The notes under the pieces are model-generated. The model ran no database searches. It was not told the DNA's origin and was given only the letters and a program-made list of their open reading frames with translations. The position numbers were made by a program, and so were the translations under genes. A stretch of DNA of 64,000 nt from an uncultured Gemmatimonadales bacterium (GTDB lineage: Bacteria; Gemmatimonadota; Gemmatimonadetes; Gemmatimonadales; GWC2-71-9): NCBI GenBank assembly GCA_963828735.1, contig CAWHFW010000002.1:320001-384000 (forward strand), in the 5' to 3' direction. Positions 21,201-29,002 of the stretch are shown here, piece by piece (within the stretch, counting starts at the first letter, position 1; each line of letters begins with the position of its first letter).

Positions 21201-21557
21201 GGCCAGGTCCAGCAATGCTCCGCTCGTTCCAGAAGCCGATCGTTCCAGCAACGCGGTGAGGGCGCCGCGTCGCCACGCGCCCACCTCCTCCAGCCTCCCC
21301 GCGAGACCCCCCGCCGACAGTCGCCCGCGCGACCGCCAGGCGAGCCACACCGCGGCGGCCAGCACCCCCAACGCACCCGCCCATGCCAGGAGCACCCAGT
21401 ACGGCGCCTCGAACCGGCCCAGCCGGACCACCCACGCGGCCACGCCCAGGAGCAGTGCGCCGGTGCCGAGCGCGAGCGCAGCCCAGCCCGCGGCGGCCCG
21501 CGCACGAAGTGGTCGCGCGACCCGCTGCAAGGCGTGGTAGGTGGCCGGGGTGGTCAC
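18279..21557 (-). CDS. Large membrane protein with Ig-like and coiled-coil regions (DUF4175-like)
   Basis: Three N-terminal TM segments, DxAP...DDHGL, LLPGDTVRYWAVATDN, Gln-rich coiled coil, terminal VDYFRRL; GTG start overlaps the upstream stop. Confidence 0.75.
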   Translation of the reverse strand: MTTPATYHALQRVARPLRARAAAGWAALALGTGALLLGVAAWVVRLGRFEAPYWVLLAWAGALGVLAAAVWLAWRSRGRLSAGGLAGRLEEVGAWRRGALTALLERSASGTSGALLDLADRLHAEDVDKRGTAAAEPVARPVRLLGLAGLGVLVLGLAAFGSAGPVHGPAAALWHPRRAWDATVAPVRVIADRDVVDRGDSTTLRLEAFGRRHATLWLRAPGEGWRARGVSLDTLGHAQVTTGALQSDIFARVTSGTRSSDTVFIQVRLPVFLGSLAVTAHYPAYLGLDAEPVPTGGDTLLLPAGTRLETRGEATAPLATAAWSVDARRTDLRVDGGRFAGSFVPQTSGEYRLHLVTANGAPLTSDTVRLPVRLVADSAPHVEVPVPGTDTLAPISLEVPLVLDVRDDHGLTGVMLESRRISRLGVVDSVRRETVALPAETPDRAILSHTLNLTRRGLLPGDTVRYWAVATDNAPGRQSGRSREYVLRLPTMSEVRAAQRVVTEAVSSRLDSIAAASKQLERQTDDLAQERPRSTEGRGEKNGESLSFEDAKKAESVAKSQQVLMQQAESLKQSVEALRKSAEAAGLGDTAWQRELADIRQELERALSPELRDRLQELQQALKELDADRTREALERLADAQKEARKALERSRELFRRAALEGDLANLSQESKELAQEQREWNRQVGASDSARAAQAERELAARADSLAAALDRVGQSMGDSSRQARLDAAGNQAQEAGGQMKQAASASQSGRREQAREKGEEAERSLEPLSEQLQQERQGMQQQWKQEVMAAIDQALAETSRLAERQLTVQEQLQSGANVGGQVRAEQGAIEEGVERLLEHMRQTAGKNALVSPEIGAALGAAQLQMQRTREAISNASPNAREGAEQAGGAVDALNATAYQLLRARGDVQGAESGSGLAEALERMAELAKQQGGLGQQGAGLLPMAGSGAIREQLRQLGARQRALAEELQKLKGGGDLPGAGEMADEAKDLAKRLEGGRLDRQVVERQERLFRRMLDAGRTLQGREEDERKERQSTTATDDSVHLPPALRARLTGDDDRLRVPSWEELQQLSPEERRLVVDYFRRLTEARTP

Positions 21558-22223
21558 CCGCCGAACCCGACAGCGTAGGCGAACAGGTTCACGCCCATTC
21601 GGAGCGCCGCTTCGTGCTTCTCCGGAGGATCGTGGTGCACCTCGAAATCCTCCCACCCGTCGCCCAGGTCGCTTTGATAGGAGTAGTAGACGGCCAAGCG
21701 CCCATCGAGGAAGATCCCGAATCCCTGCGCGGGCTTGCCGTCGTGCACGTGGATCTTGGGAATGCCCTTGGGGAAGTCGTAGACCAGGTGATAGATCGGG
21801 TGATCGAGCGGAACTTCGACGAGAGGATGATCGGGAAACAGTCGCTCGAGCTCCCTGCGGATCGAGGCATCCATCCCGTAGTTGTCGTCCGCGTGGAGGA
21901 ATCCACCTTGCTGGAGGTAACGGCGCAGGGTGACCACGTCGGCATCGCTCCAGTGCACGTTGCCGTGACCCGTCATGTAGATGTAGGGCACGTTCCACAG
22001 CTCATCGTCCGAGAGCGTCACGTACTTTCTCCTCGGCGGTGACCCGAAGACCCGTACGAGTGCGGATGGCAGTCAACAGATTGGGGAGGCTGGACGGGTT
22101 CGCGTACCAATCGCCGCCGCCGTCGTAGTGAAGACGTCCGATCGTCATGACCGGTGCGGCGGTGGGCGGGGCGGCCGCGGCCAGCAGCGCCAGCAGCAGA
22201 ACCGGAACGACGCGTCGGATCAT
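21554..22223 (-). pseudogene. DUF4159 family protein split by a single frameshift (real or sequencing error)
   Basis: N-terminal part YDGGGDWYANPSSLPNL and C-terminal part PYIYMTGHG...GGFLHADDNYG...DLGDGWED...MGVN are in different frames; junction AAA GTA C GTG ACG at ~22022. Confidence 0.8.
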
Positions 22224-23053
22224 GGCAGCTCCATCACCAGGCGGTAGGCGTCGTTCCGGGACAGGCCGAGGGTATCGCTCAAGCGACGGACCACCTCCCG
22301 GCGGGTGAGCCCTTCCGCCAGGAGGAGCGCCGCCTGCTCTCTGGCGTCCTCGGTTCGGTCTGGAGGCTCGGCGGGCATCCCGGTGCCCTCGAGGACGACG
22401 GTCAGCTCACCCCGCGGCGGATGCTCCGAATAATAGCTCGCGAGTTCCTTCAGGGGTCCCAACCGGAACTCCTCGTGCAGCTTGGTCAGCTCACGCGCGA
22501 CCACGGCCCGCCGCTCCCCGCCGGCCACCTTGGCCAGGTCGGCGAGGAGGTCCGTCAGCCGCGGCGGCGCTTCGAAGAAGACGACGCTCCATTCTTCGGC
22601 GGCCGCACGCGACAGGAGTCGGGCCCGCTCGCCGCCCTTGCGCGGAACAAAGCCGAGGAACAAATACCGATCGCCCCTGAAGCCCGCGGCGGAAAGCGCC
22701 GTCGCAACGGCGGAAGGTCCCGCGATCGGCACGACAACGATGCCGGATTCGCGCGCCGCCGCGACGAGATCGCTTCCCGGATCGCTCACGGCCGGCGTCC
22801 CCGCATCGGACACCAGGGCTACGTCCCGCCCGTCGTGAAGGATCTGGAGCAGGGTTTCGAGTCGCCGATCTTCCGAATGCGCGTGGTAGCTCAGGAGTTG
22901 CGGTGCGGCACCGAGGTGAGTGAGCAAGCCCCGCGTGCGGCGGGTGTCCTCCGCGGCCACGACCGGAACGGTCCGCAGGACCTCGCTGGCCCGCGCCGAA
23001 AGGTCGCCCAGGTTTCCGAGCGGAGTGGCGACGACGAAGAGGATGCCCGGCAT
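22220..23053 (-). CDS. rsmI: 16S rRNA (cytidine1402-2'-O)-methyltransferase
   Basis: VATPLGNLGD, AEDTR, VSDAGTPAVSDPG, ARELTKLHEE, RGE. Confidence 0.95.
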   Translation of the reverse strand: MPGILFVVATPLGNLGDLSARASEVLRTVPVVAAEDTRRTRGLLTHLGAAPQLLSYHAHSEDRRLETLLQILHDGRDVALVSDAGTPAVSDPGSDLVAAARESGIVVVPIAGPSAVATALSAAGFRGDRYLFLGFVPRKGGERARLLSRAAAEEWSVVFFEAPPRLTDLLADLAKVAGGERRAVVARELTKLHEEFRLGPLKELASYYSEHPPRGELTVVLEGTGMPAEPPDRTEDAREQAALLLAEGLTRREVVRRLSDTLGLSRNDAYRLVMELP

Positions 23054-23160
23054 GAATGAAAGGTAGGGACTGCCGAGAAGGCGGAGAAGCCGAGGCCCAC
23101 GAAAGCGCCCCGGCCGCGCCGGTCAATCACCCGGAGGAGATGCCCTCCGTCCTGTGGCGC

Positions 23161-23499
23161 CTAGGCCAGGTGCTGCTTGATCTTGCCCTCGAGCGTGGCC
23201 TTCGGTACGGCCCCGATGACCGTATCCACGTGCTGCCCGTTCTTGAAGAAGAGGATGCTCGGAATGGACCGGACATTGAACCGCATGGCCGTACGCTGGT
23301 TCGAATCCACGTCCACCTTGGCCACCTTGGCCTTCCCGGCGTACTCTCCGGCAAGCTGGTCGAGGATCGGCGCCACGACCTGACACGGACCGCACCACGT
23401 CGCCCAGAAATCGACGAGCACGAGCCCATTGGCCTGCTCGATCTCGCTGGCGAACGAGGAGTCGGTAACGTGGACGGTCTGGGAATTCGTCGTGGCCAT
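23161..23499 (-). CDS. trxA: Thioredoxin
   Basis: VDFWATWCGPC, VRSIP; AGGAG RBS. Confidence 0.96.
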   Translation of the reverse strand: MATTNSQTVHVTDSSFASEIEQANGLVLVDFWATWCGPCQVVAPILDQLAGEYAGKAKVAKVDVDSNQRTAMRFNVRSIPSILFFKNGQHVDTVIGAVPKATLEGKIKQHLA

Positions 23500-23554
23500 G
23501 ATGTTATTCTCCTGTTGTTGATTCCGTCTCGACCAGATTCGACGGAGGGATCGC

Positions 23555-23950
23555 TTGCCTGATCGCCCCCGCATCGCTCATGTGGGCGTGGCCGTGAACG
23601 ACCTCGACGCCGCGCTCGCCTTCTATCAGGATGTCCTCGGCCTCAGCCCGCATCCCGCGGAGGAGGCCGACGGGGCGACGATCGTCTCGCTCCCCTTCGG
23701 CGATTCCGAGGTCGAGCTGCTCGCACCGCTCCGCCCCGACAGTCCCATTGCCCGGTTCCTCGAACGTCGGGGTCCTGGGATTCACCACATCTGCTACCGG
23801 GTTCCCGATCTCGAGGCGGCGCTGGCGGCATGCCGCCAGGCGGGATACCGATTGGTCGACGAGGTTCCGCGGACCGGGGCCGGCGGGCGCCGGATCGCCT
23901 TCGTCCATCCGAAGGCGACCGCCGGGATCTTGCTCGAACTCAGCGAGTAA
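23555..23950 (+). CDS. mce: Methylmalonyl-CoA epimerase (VOC family)
   Basis: HVGVAV, VELLAP, GPGIHHICYRV, IAFVHPKATAGILLEL. Confidence 0.88.
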   Translation: MPDRPRIAHVGVAVNDLDAALAFYQDVLGLSPHPAEEADGATIVSLPFGDSEVELLAPLRPDSPIARFLERRGPGIHHICYRVPDLEAALAACRQAGYRLVDEVPRTGAGGRRIAFVHPKATAGILLELSE

Positions 23951-23989
23951 GATAACAGCAGCAGGGGGAGCGAAGTTCCGCCGAAAAAA

Positions 23990-24457
23990 TCAGGGGCTGC
24001 GGGTGGATGCGGTGTCGTTGGCCGACGAATCACAGGGCCTGGCGGGATTGCCGGCCGCGCCGAGATCCACCTGGTTGATGATCCAGTTCTTGTCCGCCAT
24101 CTGGATCACCTTGAAGGGGACGTCCCAAGTACAGGCCTGGCGCCGGATCTGGACCTGCATCGCGCGGCGAGCCTCGGAGCCGTCGGGGAGATCGGAGAGA
24201 ATCCGATAGTCATCGTGGCTCAGATAGGCCTGCATGACCGTGATCCGGCGCTCGTAATCCGGTGGCTGGCGCGTGCGTCCCGCGGGCCCAGCCGCCGTGC
24301 CCCACAGGCTGGCCATGGCGGTGAGATTGCTGTCGGCCACGGCCTTCATGAAGCTCTCCACGGCGGCGGGCGCCGTATTGGCCGGATGTACCTCGGCGGC
24401 GCTGCCACCCCCGCAGGCCGACAGGAACAGGGCCGCCGCGTACCACCGTCCGTTCAT
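23990..24457 (-). CDS. Hypothetical lipoprotein (possible NTF2-like fold)
   Basis: Lipobox LSAC; AVESFMKAV...W-I pattern. Confidence 0.65.
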   Translation of the reverse strand: MNGRWYAAALFLSACGGGSAAEVHPANTAPAAVESFMKAVADSNLTAMASLWGTAAGPAGRTRQPPDYERRITVMQAYLSHDDYRILSDLPDGSEARRAMQVQIRRQACTWDVPFKVIQMADKNWIINQVDLGAAGNPARPCDSSANDTASTRSP

Positions 24458-24519
24458 CACCGGTCGCTCGTTGGGGAAGTAGGAGCGTGCGAAGTTAATT
24501 GGCCGCGGAGTTGCGAGCA

Positions 24520-25242
24520 ATGACGTCCCAGCGCCTGTACATCAACATCGATCACGTCGCCACCGTCCGGCAGGCACGCCGCACCGACGAGCCCGATCCG
24601 CTCGAGGCCGCGCGGCTGTGCGAGGCGGCCGGTGCGGACGGCATCACCGTCCATCTCCGCGAGGATCGTCGGCACATCCAGGATGACGACGTCGAACGCC
24701 TGGCGCCGGCCGTGCGCGTCCTCAATCTGGAGCTCGCGACGAGTCCCGACGTGCTCGCGCTTGCCTGCCGGCTCCGGCCCTATCAGGCCACCATCGTGCC
24801 CGAGCGGCGAGAAGAGGTGACCACCGAGGGCGGCCTCGATTTGAGCCGCACGAGCCCCCGCTTGCGTGAGACCATTCGACGTCTCGACGAGGCCGGCGCC
24901 CGGGTGAGCCTGTTCCTCGACCCGGATCCCGCCGCACTCGATGCGGCGAAGGACCTCGGCGTGCCGGCGATCGAGCTTCATACCGGGCGCTATGCCCACG
25001 GCTGGCGAAAAGGGGACGCGGCGCTCGACGAGCTCCGGCGTGCGGCGCGTCATGCGGCGGACATGGGACTCTTCGTCCATGCCGGCCACGGCCTCACGTA
25101 CGAGAACGTCCTTCCGGTGGCCGCGATACCCGAGATCGAGGAGCTCAACATCGGCCACAGCATCGTCAGTCGCGCCGTGATGGTCGGGATGGGTGCGGCC
25201 GTGCAGCAGATGCTCCACTTGGTGCGCGGCGCAAGGCGCTGA
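24520..25242 (+). CDS. pdxJ: Pyridoxine 5'-phosphate synthase
   Basis: [46 protein letters not shown]. Confidence 0.97.
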   Translation: MTSQRLYINIDHVATVRQARRTDEPDPLEAARLCEAAGADGITVHLREDRRHIQDDDVERLAPAVRVLNLELATSPDVLALACRLRPYQATIVPERREEVTTEGGLDLSRTSPRLRETIRRLDEAGARVSLFLDPDPAALDAAKDLGVPAIELHTGRYAHGWRKGDAALDELRRAARHAADMGLFVHAGHGLTYENVLPVAAIPEIEELNIGHSIVSRAVMVGMGAAVQQMLHLVRGARR

Positions 25243-25255
25243 TACTTTCCGAGCC

Positions 25256-27091
25256 ATGACAAACCCCCTGGCCGCCGCCGACTTCTTCGCTCTCGAGGCG
25301 GGCGAATGCCTTGACCGCCTCGAAACGCTCGTGGGCCGGTCCGATGGTCCGCCCGCCGAGGAGTTTCTTCGCACCGCGCGCGTGCTGCGCGGCTCGGCGT
25401 TGATGGCCTCGCAGCAACCCATCGCGCGAGCGGCTGCGGGACTCGAAGGCCTCGCCCGGGCGTACCGCGACGGCCGGCGCCCGTGGGATCCGGCGACCCG
25501 CGAACAGGCGGCCCAGGCCATCGAGGAGTTCCGGCTGCTCGTTCGGCGGGTGCGCGAATGGGGCGAGCCGGAAACGGCACGCTCGGTCCGCCTCGGCTTG
25601 AGCCTCGAGTCGTTGGCCGGCCGCACGACCGGAGCAGGCCCGGCAGGCGAGCCTGGGGGCCGCCGCAACGAGCAGGGTGAACTCAACGCCGGGGTACGGG
25701 CCTTCGTGGCGCGCGAGGGGGCGCTGATTGCGAGCGCGCTCGACCGGGCCGCCCGCGCGCTGCAGGTGTCGCCCGGCGATCGCGAGCCGCTCTACACCGT
25801 CATCCGCCGCATGCAGTCGCTCCGGGGTCTCGCCGAGCTGAGCGACCTCGTTCCGCTTCCGGAGATTCTCGACGGCATCGAGCTCGCGGTCGGCGACCTC
25901 ACCCGGCTGTTCGCGCCACCGCCCGGCGTGGACGCCGTGATCGCCGCCGGGTCCGTCGCGCTCACCCGCATCTCGCGCGACATCGCCGAGCACGGCCGCC
26001 CGGAGCCCGAAACCGAGGAGGCCCGCCGGTTCACGGAACTCCTGTTACGGGCGTTCGCGGTGGAACGCGATGTCGTGCCGATCGAGTCGCTCTATTACGA
26101 GGACGACCCGTCACCGCTGACGCCGCCGGTCGCCCAGCCGCAGTTCTCGCCACCCGCCCCGCTCGGTCCGCTGGAGCTGGTGAGCCACGGCGAGCACCTG
26201 TGCCAGAGCGCGGATCTCATCGCGCGCTCCCGATCGGCCGTCGAGCGCGATCTCCGCCTCTACCACCTGCTGGGGACGCTCCGGTCCGCCGGGACGCCCG
26301 GACCCGACCCGGTTGCCGGGGCGCTGGTCGTGTTCGCGCGGTCAGCCCGGGAGGCGCTTGCCGCCGGCGTTGCGGCTCGGGCCACCCCGGCGCTCGTGAG
26401 CTGCCTGCGTGAAGCGGGCGAGCTGCTCCGGGCAGTCGCGGACGCCGACGACCGGATGCTCATCTCCCGGCGCATTCTGGACGCCGCTTATCGGCTCGAC
26501 GGCCTCCGCCTGGCCGAGGCCGTCCCGCTTCCGCCGCCGATGCCGGCTTCTGCCGCTCCACCTGTCCCGGTCCCGCCCGCTCCGGAACCGGAGCCGCCAA
26601 TCGTGCCCATCGGGTCGCTGCTCTACGACGAGACACCGGTGCCCATCGAGTCGCTGCTCGAAGGCGAGCCCGTCGTGGACATCGAGTCGCTGCTCGACGA
26701 TGAGCGTGTGGTGGCCATCGAGAGCCTGGGATACGACGAGGCTTCGGTGACGTCCTCGCCGACCGGGGCCTCCGAACGGGGTCCGGCAGGCGGACTCGAG
26801 GCCAGCTACCGCACGTTCGATCGCCTGCGGCGCGAGCGGGCCGCGGAGTCGCCGTCCCTGGAGGCTCTGGTGGGCCGCGCGCTCGCTGCCGCGGCGCCGC
26901 CCCCGAGCGAGGGGACGGTGACGATCGAGATCGGCACGCTCTGTTATCGGGGGCGCGCCGCGCTTGAGCGTGCGGCCGCGGTCCGCCAGCAGCTCGCCGA
27001 CGAGTTGGCGCGCAACGGGGGCCTCGAGGCAATTCAGCCGCTGCTGCAGGAGCTCCTCGACCTCGTCCCCTTGGCGCTTGCCGAATCCTGA
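25256..27091 (+). CDS. Hypothetical protein with degenerate Hpt-like helical domains and tandem repeats
   Basis: FFALEAGECLDRL...FLRTARVLRGSA and FVAREG...IRRMQSLRGLA resemble Hpt domains; PIESLL repeats. Confidence 0.7.
   Translation: MTNPLAAADFFALEAGECLDRLETLVGRSDGPPAEEFLRTARVLRGSALMASQQPIARAAAGLEGLARAYRDGRRPWDPATREQAAQAIEEFRLLVRRVREWGEPETARSVRLGLSLESLAGRTTGAGPAGEPGGRRNEQGELNAGVRAFVAREGALIASALDRAARALQVSPGDREPLYTVIRRMQSLRGLAELSDLVPLPEILDGIELAVGDLTRLFAPPPGVDAVIAAGSVALTRISRDIAEHGRPEPETEEARRFTELLLRAFAVERDVVPIESLYYEDDPSPLTPPVAQPQFSPPAPLGPLELVSHGEHLCQSADLIARSRSAVERDLRLYHLLGTLRSAGTPGPDPVAGALVVFARSAREALAAGVAARATPALVSCLREAGELLRAVADADDRMLISRRILDAAYRLDGLRLAEAVPLPPPMPASAAPPVPVPPAPEPEPPIVPIGSLLYDETPVPIESLLEGEPVVDIESLLDDERVVAIESLGYDEASVTSSPTGASERGPAGGLEASYRTFDRLRRERAAESPSLEALVGRALAAAAPPPSEGTVTIEIGTLCYRGRAALERAAAVRQQLADELARNGGLEAIQPLLQELLDLVPLALAES
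26603..26746 (+). repeat. 4 x 36-bp coding tandem repeat (12-aa V[PDA]I[EG]SL unit)
   Basis: Units start at 26603, 26639, 26675 and 26711 (GTGnnnATCGrGTCGCTGCTC-like). Confidence 0.85.
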
Positions 27092-28112
27092 CGCGGCGTC
27101 CGCGGCCGGCCGCAAACGGCGGATCGGCGCCGTCGTCGGCACCGTCGTCGCCGGCGCGCTGCTCTTCTGGGCGCTGCGCGGCGTCCACCTCGGCGAGGTG
27201 GTCGAGCACCTGCGCAATGCGCACCTCGTGCCCCTGCTCGCCGCGGCGGTCATCGCGACGGCGACATATCCGCTTCGCCTCGTGCGCTGGCGCCTGCTGC
27301 TTCGGGCCGCCGATGGCGGCCCGCTCCCGGCCGCTCCCCTCTGGCATGCCGTCGCGATCGGTTTCATGGCCAACAACATCCTCCCGTTCCGCGCTGGTGA
27401 GCTGGTCAGGCTGTTAGCCGCCTCGCGACTCGCCGGCGCACGATTCAGCGCGGCGCTATCCTCGGTGGCCGTCGAGCGGATCTTCGATGGCCTCACGGTG
27501 GTGGCGTTGATGAGCCTGTCGCTGCTCGTCTCCGAGCTCCCGCCTGACGTTGCCGTCGGTGGCGTTTCCCTGCGGCACGCGGCCCAGGCTGCCGGCGTCC
27601 TCGGAGTCGCGGCGCTGGCCGCGGCTCTCGTGGTCGTGGCGTTTCCCCTCACGGCCGAGCGGATCGTGCGACGCCTGCTCCCCGCCGGCCGGCTTGCCGA
27701 TCGGATCGTGGACCTGATCGAGGGCATCCGTCACGGCCTCACGGTGCTGCGCTCTCCCTCCCTCCTCGCGGGCACGATTCTCTGGTCGCTGGTGCTCTGG
27801 CTCACCAATGCGTTCGCGTTCTACGTGGCGTTCCAGGCGTTCGATATTCCAGTGGGGTTCGTCGGCGCACTGCTGTTGCAGGGCATTCTCGTATTCGGCA
27901 TCACGGTGCAGCTCACACCGGGGTTTGTGGGACAGTTCGAGGCCTCGATCGTCGCGGCCCTTGCCCTGTTCCGCGTTCCCGTCGCGCTCGCCTCTTCGTA
28001 TGCGATCGCGTTTCACGCGGCCACGTTCGTGCCCATCGTTCTCCTCGGCGCCTGGTCGCTCGCCCGCACTCCCGTCGCCCTGAGCGACCTGCGCAGCCCG
28101 CGACCGTCATGA
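27078..28112 (+). CDS. Lysylphosphatidylglycerol synthase TM-region (flippase-like) membrane protein
   Basis: RxxRW, ANNILPFRAGELVR, VERIFD, TPGFVGQFE; multiple TM helices. Confidence 0.85.
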   Translation: MPNPDAASAAGRKRRIGAVVGTVVAGALLFWALRGVHLGEVVEHLRNAHLVPLLAAAVIATATYPLRLVRWRLLLRAADGGPLPAAPLWHAVAIGFMANNILPFRAGELVRLLAASRLAGARFSAALSSVAVERIFDGLTVVALMSLSLLVSELPPDVAVGGVSLRHAAQAAGVLGVAALAAALVVVAFPLTAERIVRRLLPAGRLADRIVDLIEGIRHGLTVLRSPSLLAGTILWSLVLWLTNAFAFYVAFQAFDIPVGFVGALLLQGILVFGITVQLTPGFVGQFEASIVAALALFRVPVALASSYAIAFHAATFVPIVLLGAWSLARTPVALSDLRSPRPS

Positions 28113-29002
28113 GCCACGAGCCGGTCACGGTACAGGCGCACGCCAAGCTGAATCTCTTCCTTCGCGTTCTTGCCAAGGAGGCCGAGGGCTATCACGGCAT
28201 CGAGACGTTGTTCTGCCTGGTGAGCCTCGCCGACGTACTGCGAGCGAGCGCGCGGGATGCCGGTGAGGTGACGATCGATGTCGAAGGCGCGGACGTCGGG
28301 CCTCCGGAGCACAATCTGGCGGTTCGAGCCGCGAACATGGTGCTCGACGCCACGGGACGCCGGCTCGGGGTGCACCTGACACTGGAGAAGCGGATTCCCG
28401 TGCGCGCCGGGCTGGGCGGAGGCTCGAGCGATGCGGCCGCGGCGCTCCTCGCCGTGAACCAGCTCGCGAACGGCGCCGTGCCTCGCCACGAGCTGCTCCA
28501 GTTTGCTGCGCGCCTCGGCAGCGACGTGCCCTTTTTCCTGACCGGCACGCCTCTCGCCCTTGGCTGGAATCGCGGAGAGCGGCTCTTGCAGCTGCCGCCA
28601 TTGCCGGCGGCCCCGGTGCTTCTCGTCACGCCGCCGATCGGGGTGGGAACGGCGGAGGCGTACGGGTGGGTGGATGCGGCACGTGAGTCCGCGGGCCGGC
28701 GCGGCGCCGTTGCGCTCGATCTCGACGCCTTGTCCCGGTGGGGTGACATCGGGCGCATGGCGGGGAATGACTTCGAGTCCCCGGTATTCCACCACCGCCC
28801 CGAAATCCGGGCGGCGTTCGAGGCGCTGGTCGGGACTCGGCCGCTGGTCTGCCGGATGAGCGGCTCAGGCTCAACGCTGTTCGCCGTCTACCGATCCGCG
28901 CGCGACCGTGACGATGCTCGCATGATGCTCGGGCGCCGGCACGGTCGGGTGGATGCCGCCGAGACGCTCGGCGCGGTGCCGGCGCCATCGATGACGGACT
29001 AG
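28109..29002 (+). CDS. ispE: 4-diphosphocytidyl-2-C-methyl-D-erythritol kinase
   Basis: AKLNLFL, KRIPVRAGLGGGSSDAAA, LGSDVPFF, NDFE, MSGSGST. Confidence 0.96.
   Translation: MSHEPVTVQAHAKLNLFLRVLAKEAEGYHGIETLFCLVSLADVLRASARDAGEVTIDVEGADVGPPEHNLAVRAANMVLDATGRRLGVHLTLEKRIPVRAGLGGGSSDAAAALLAVNQLANGAVPRHELLQFAARLGSDVPFFLTGTPLALGWNRGERLLQLPPLPAAPVLLVTPPIGVGTAEAYGWVDAARESAGRRGAVALDLDALSRWGDIGRMAGNDFESPVFHHRPEIRAAFEALVGTRPLVCRMSGSGSTLFAVYRSARDRDDARMMLGRRHGRVDAAETLGAVPAPSMTD

Noticed and set aside
26603..26746. 36-bp periodic repeat as a possible CRISPR array
   Set aside because: The units are contiguous, in-frame coding repeats without unique spacers, and there are no cas genes.
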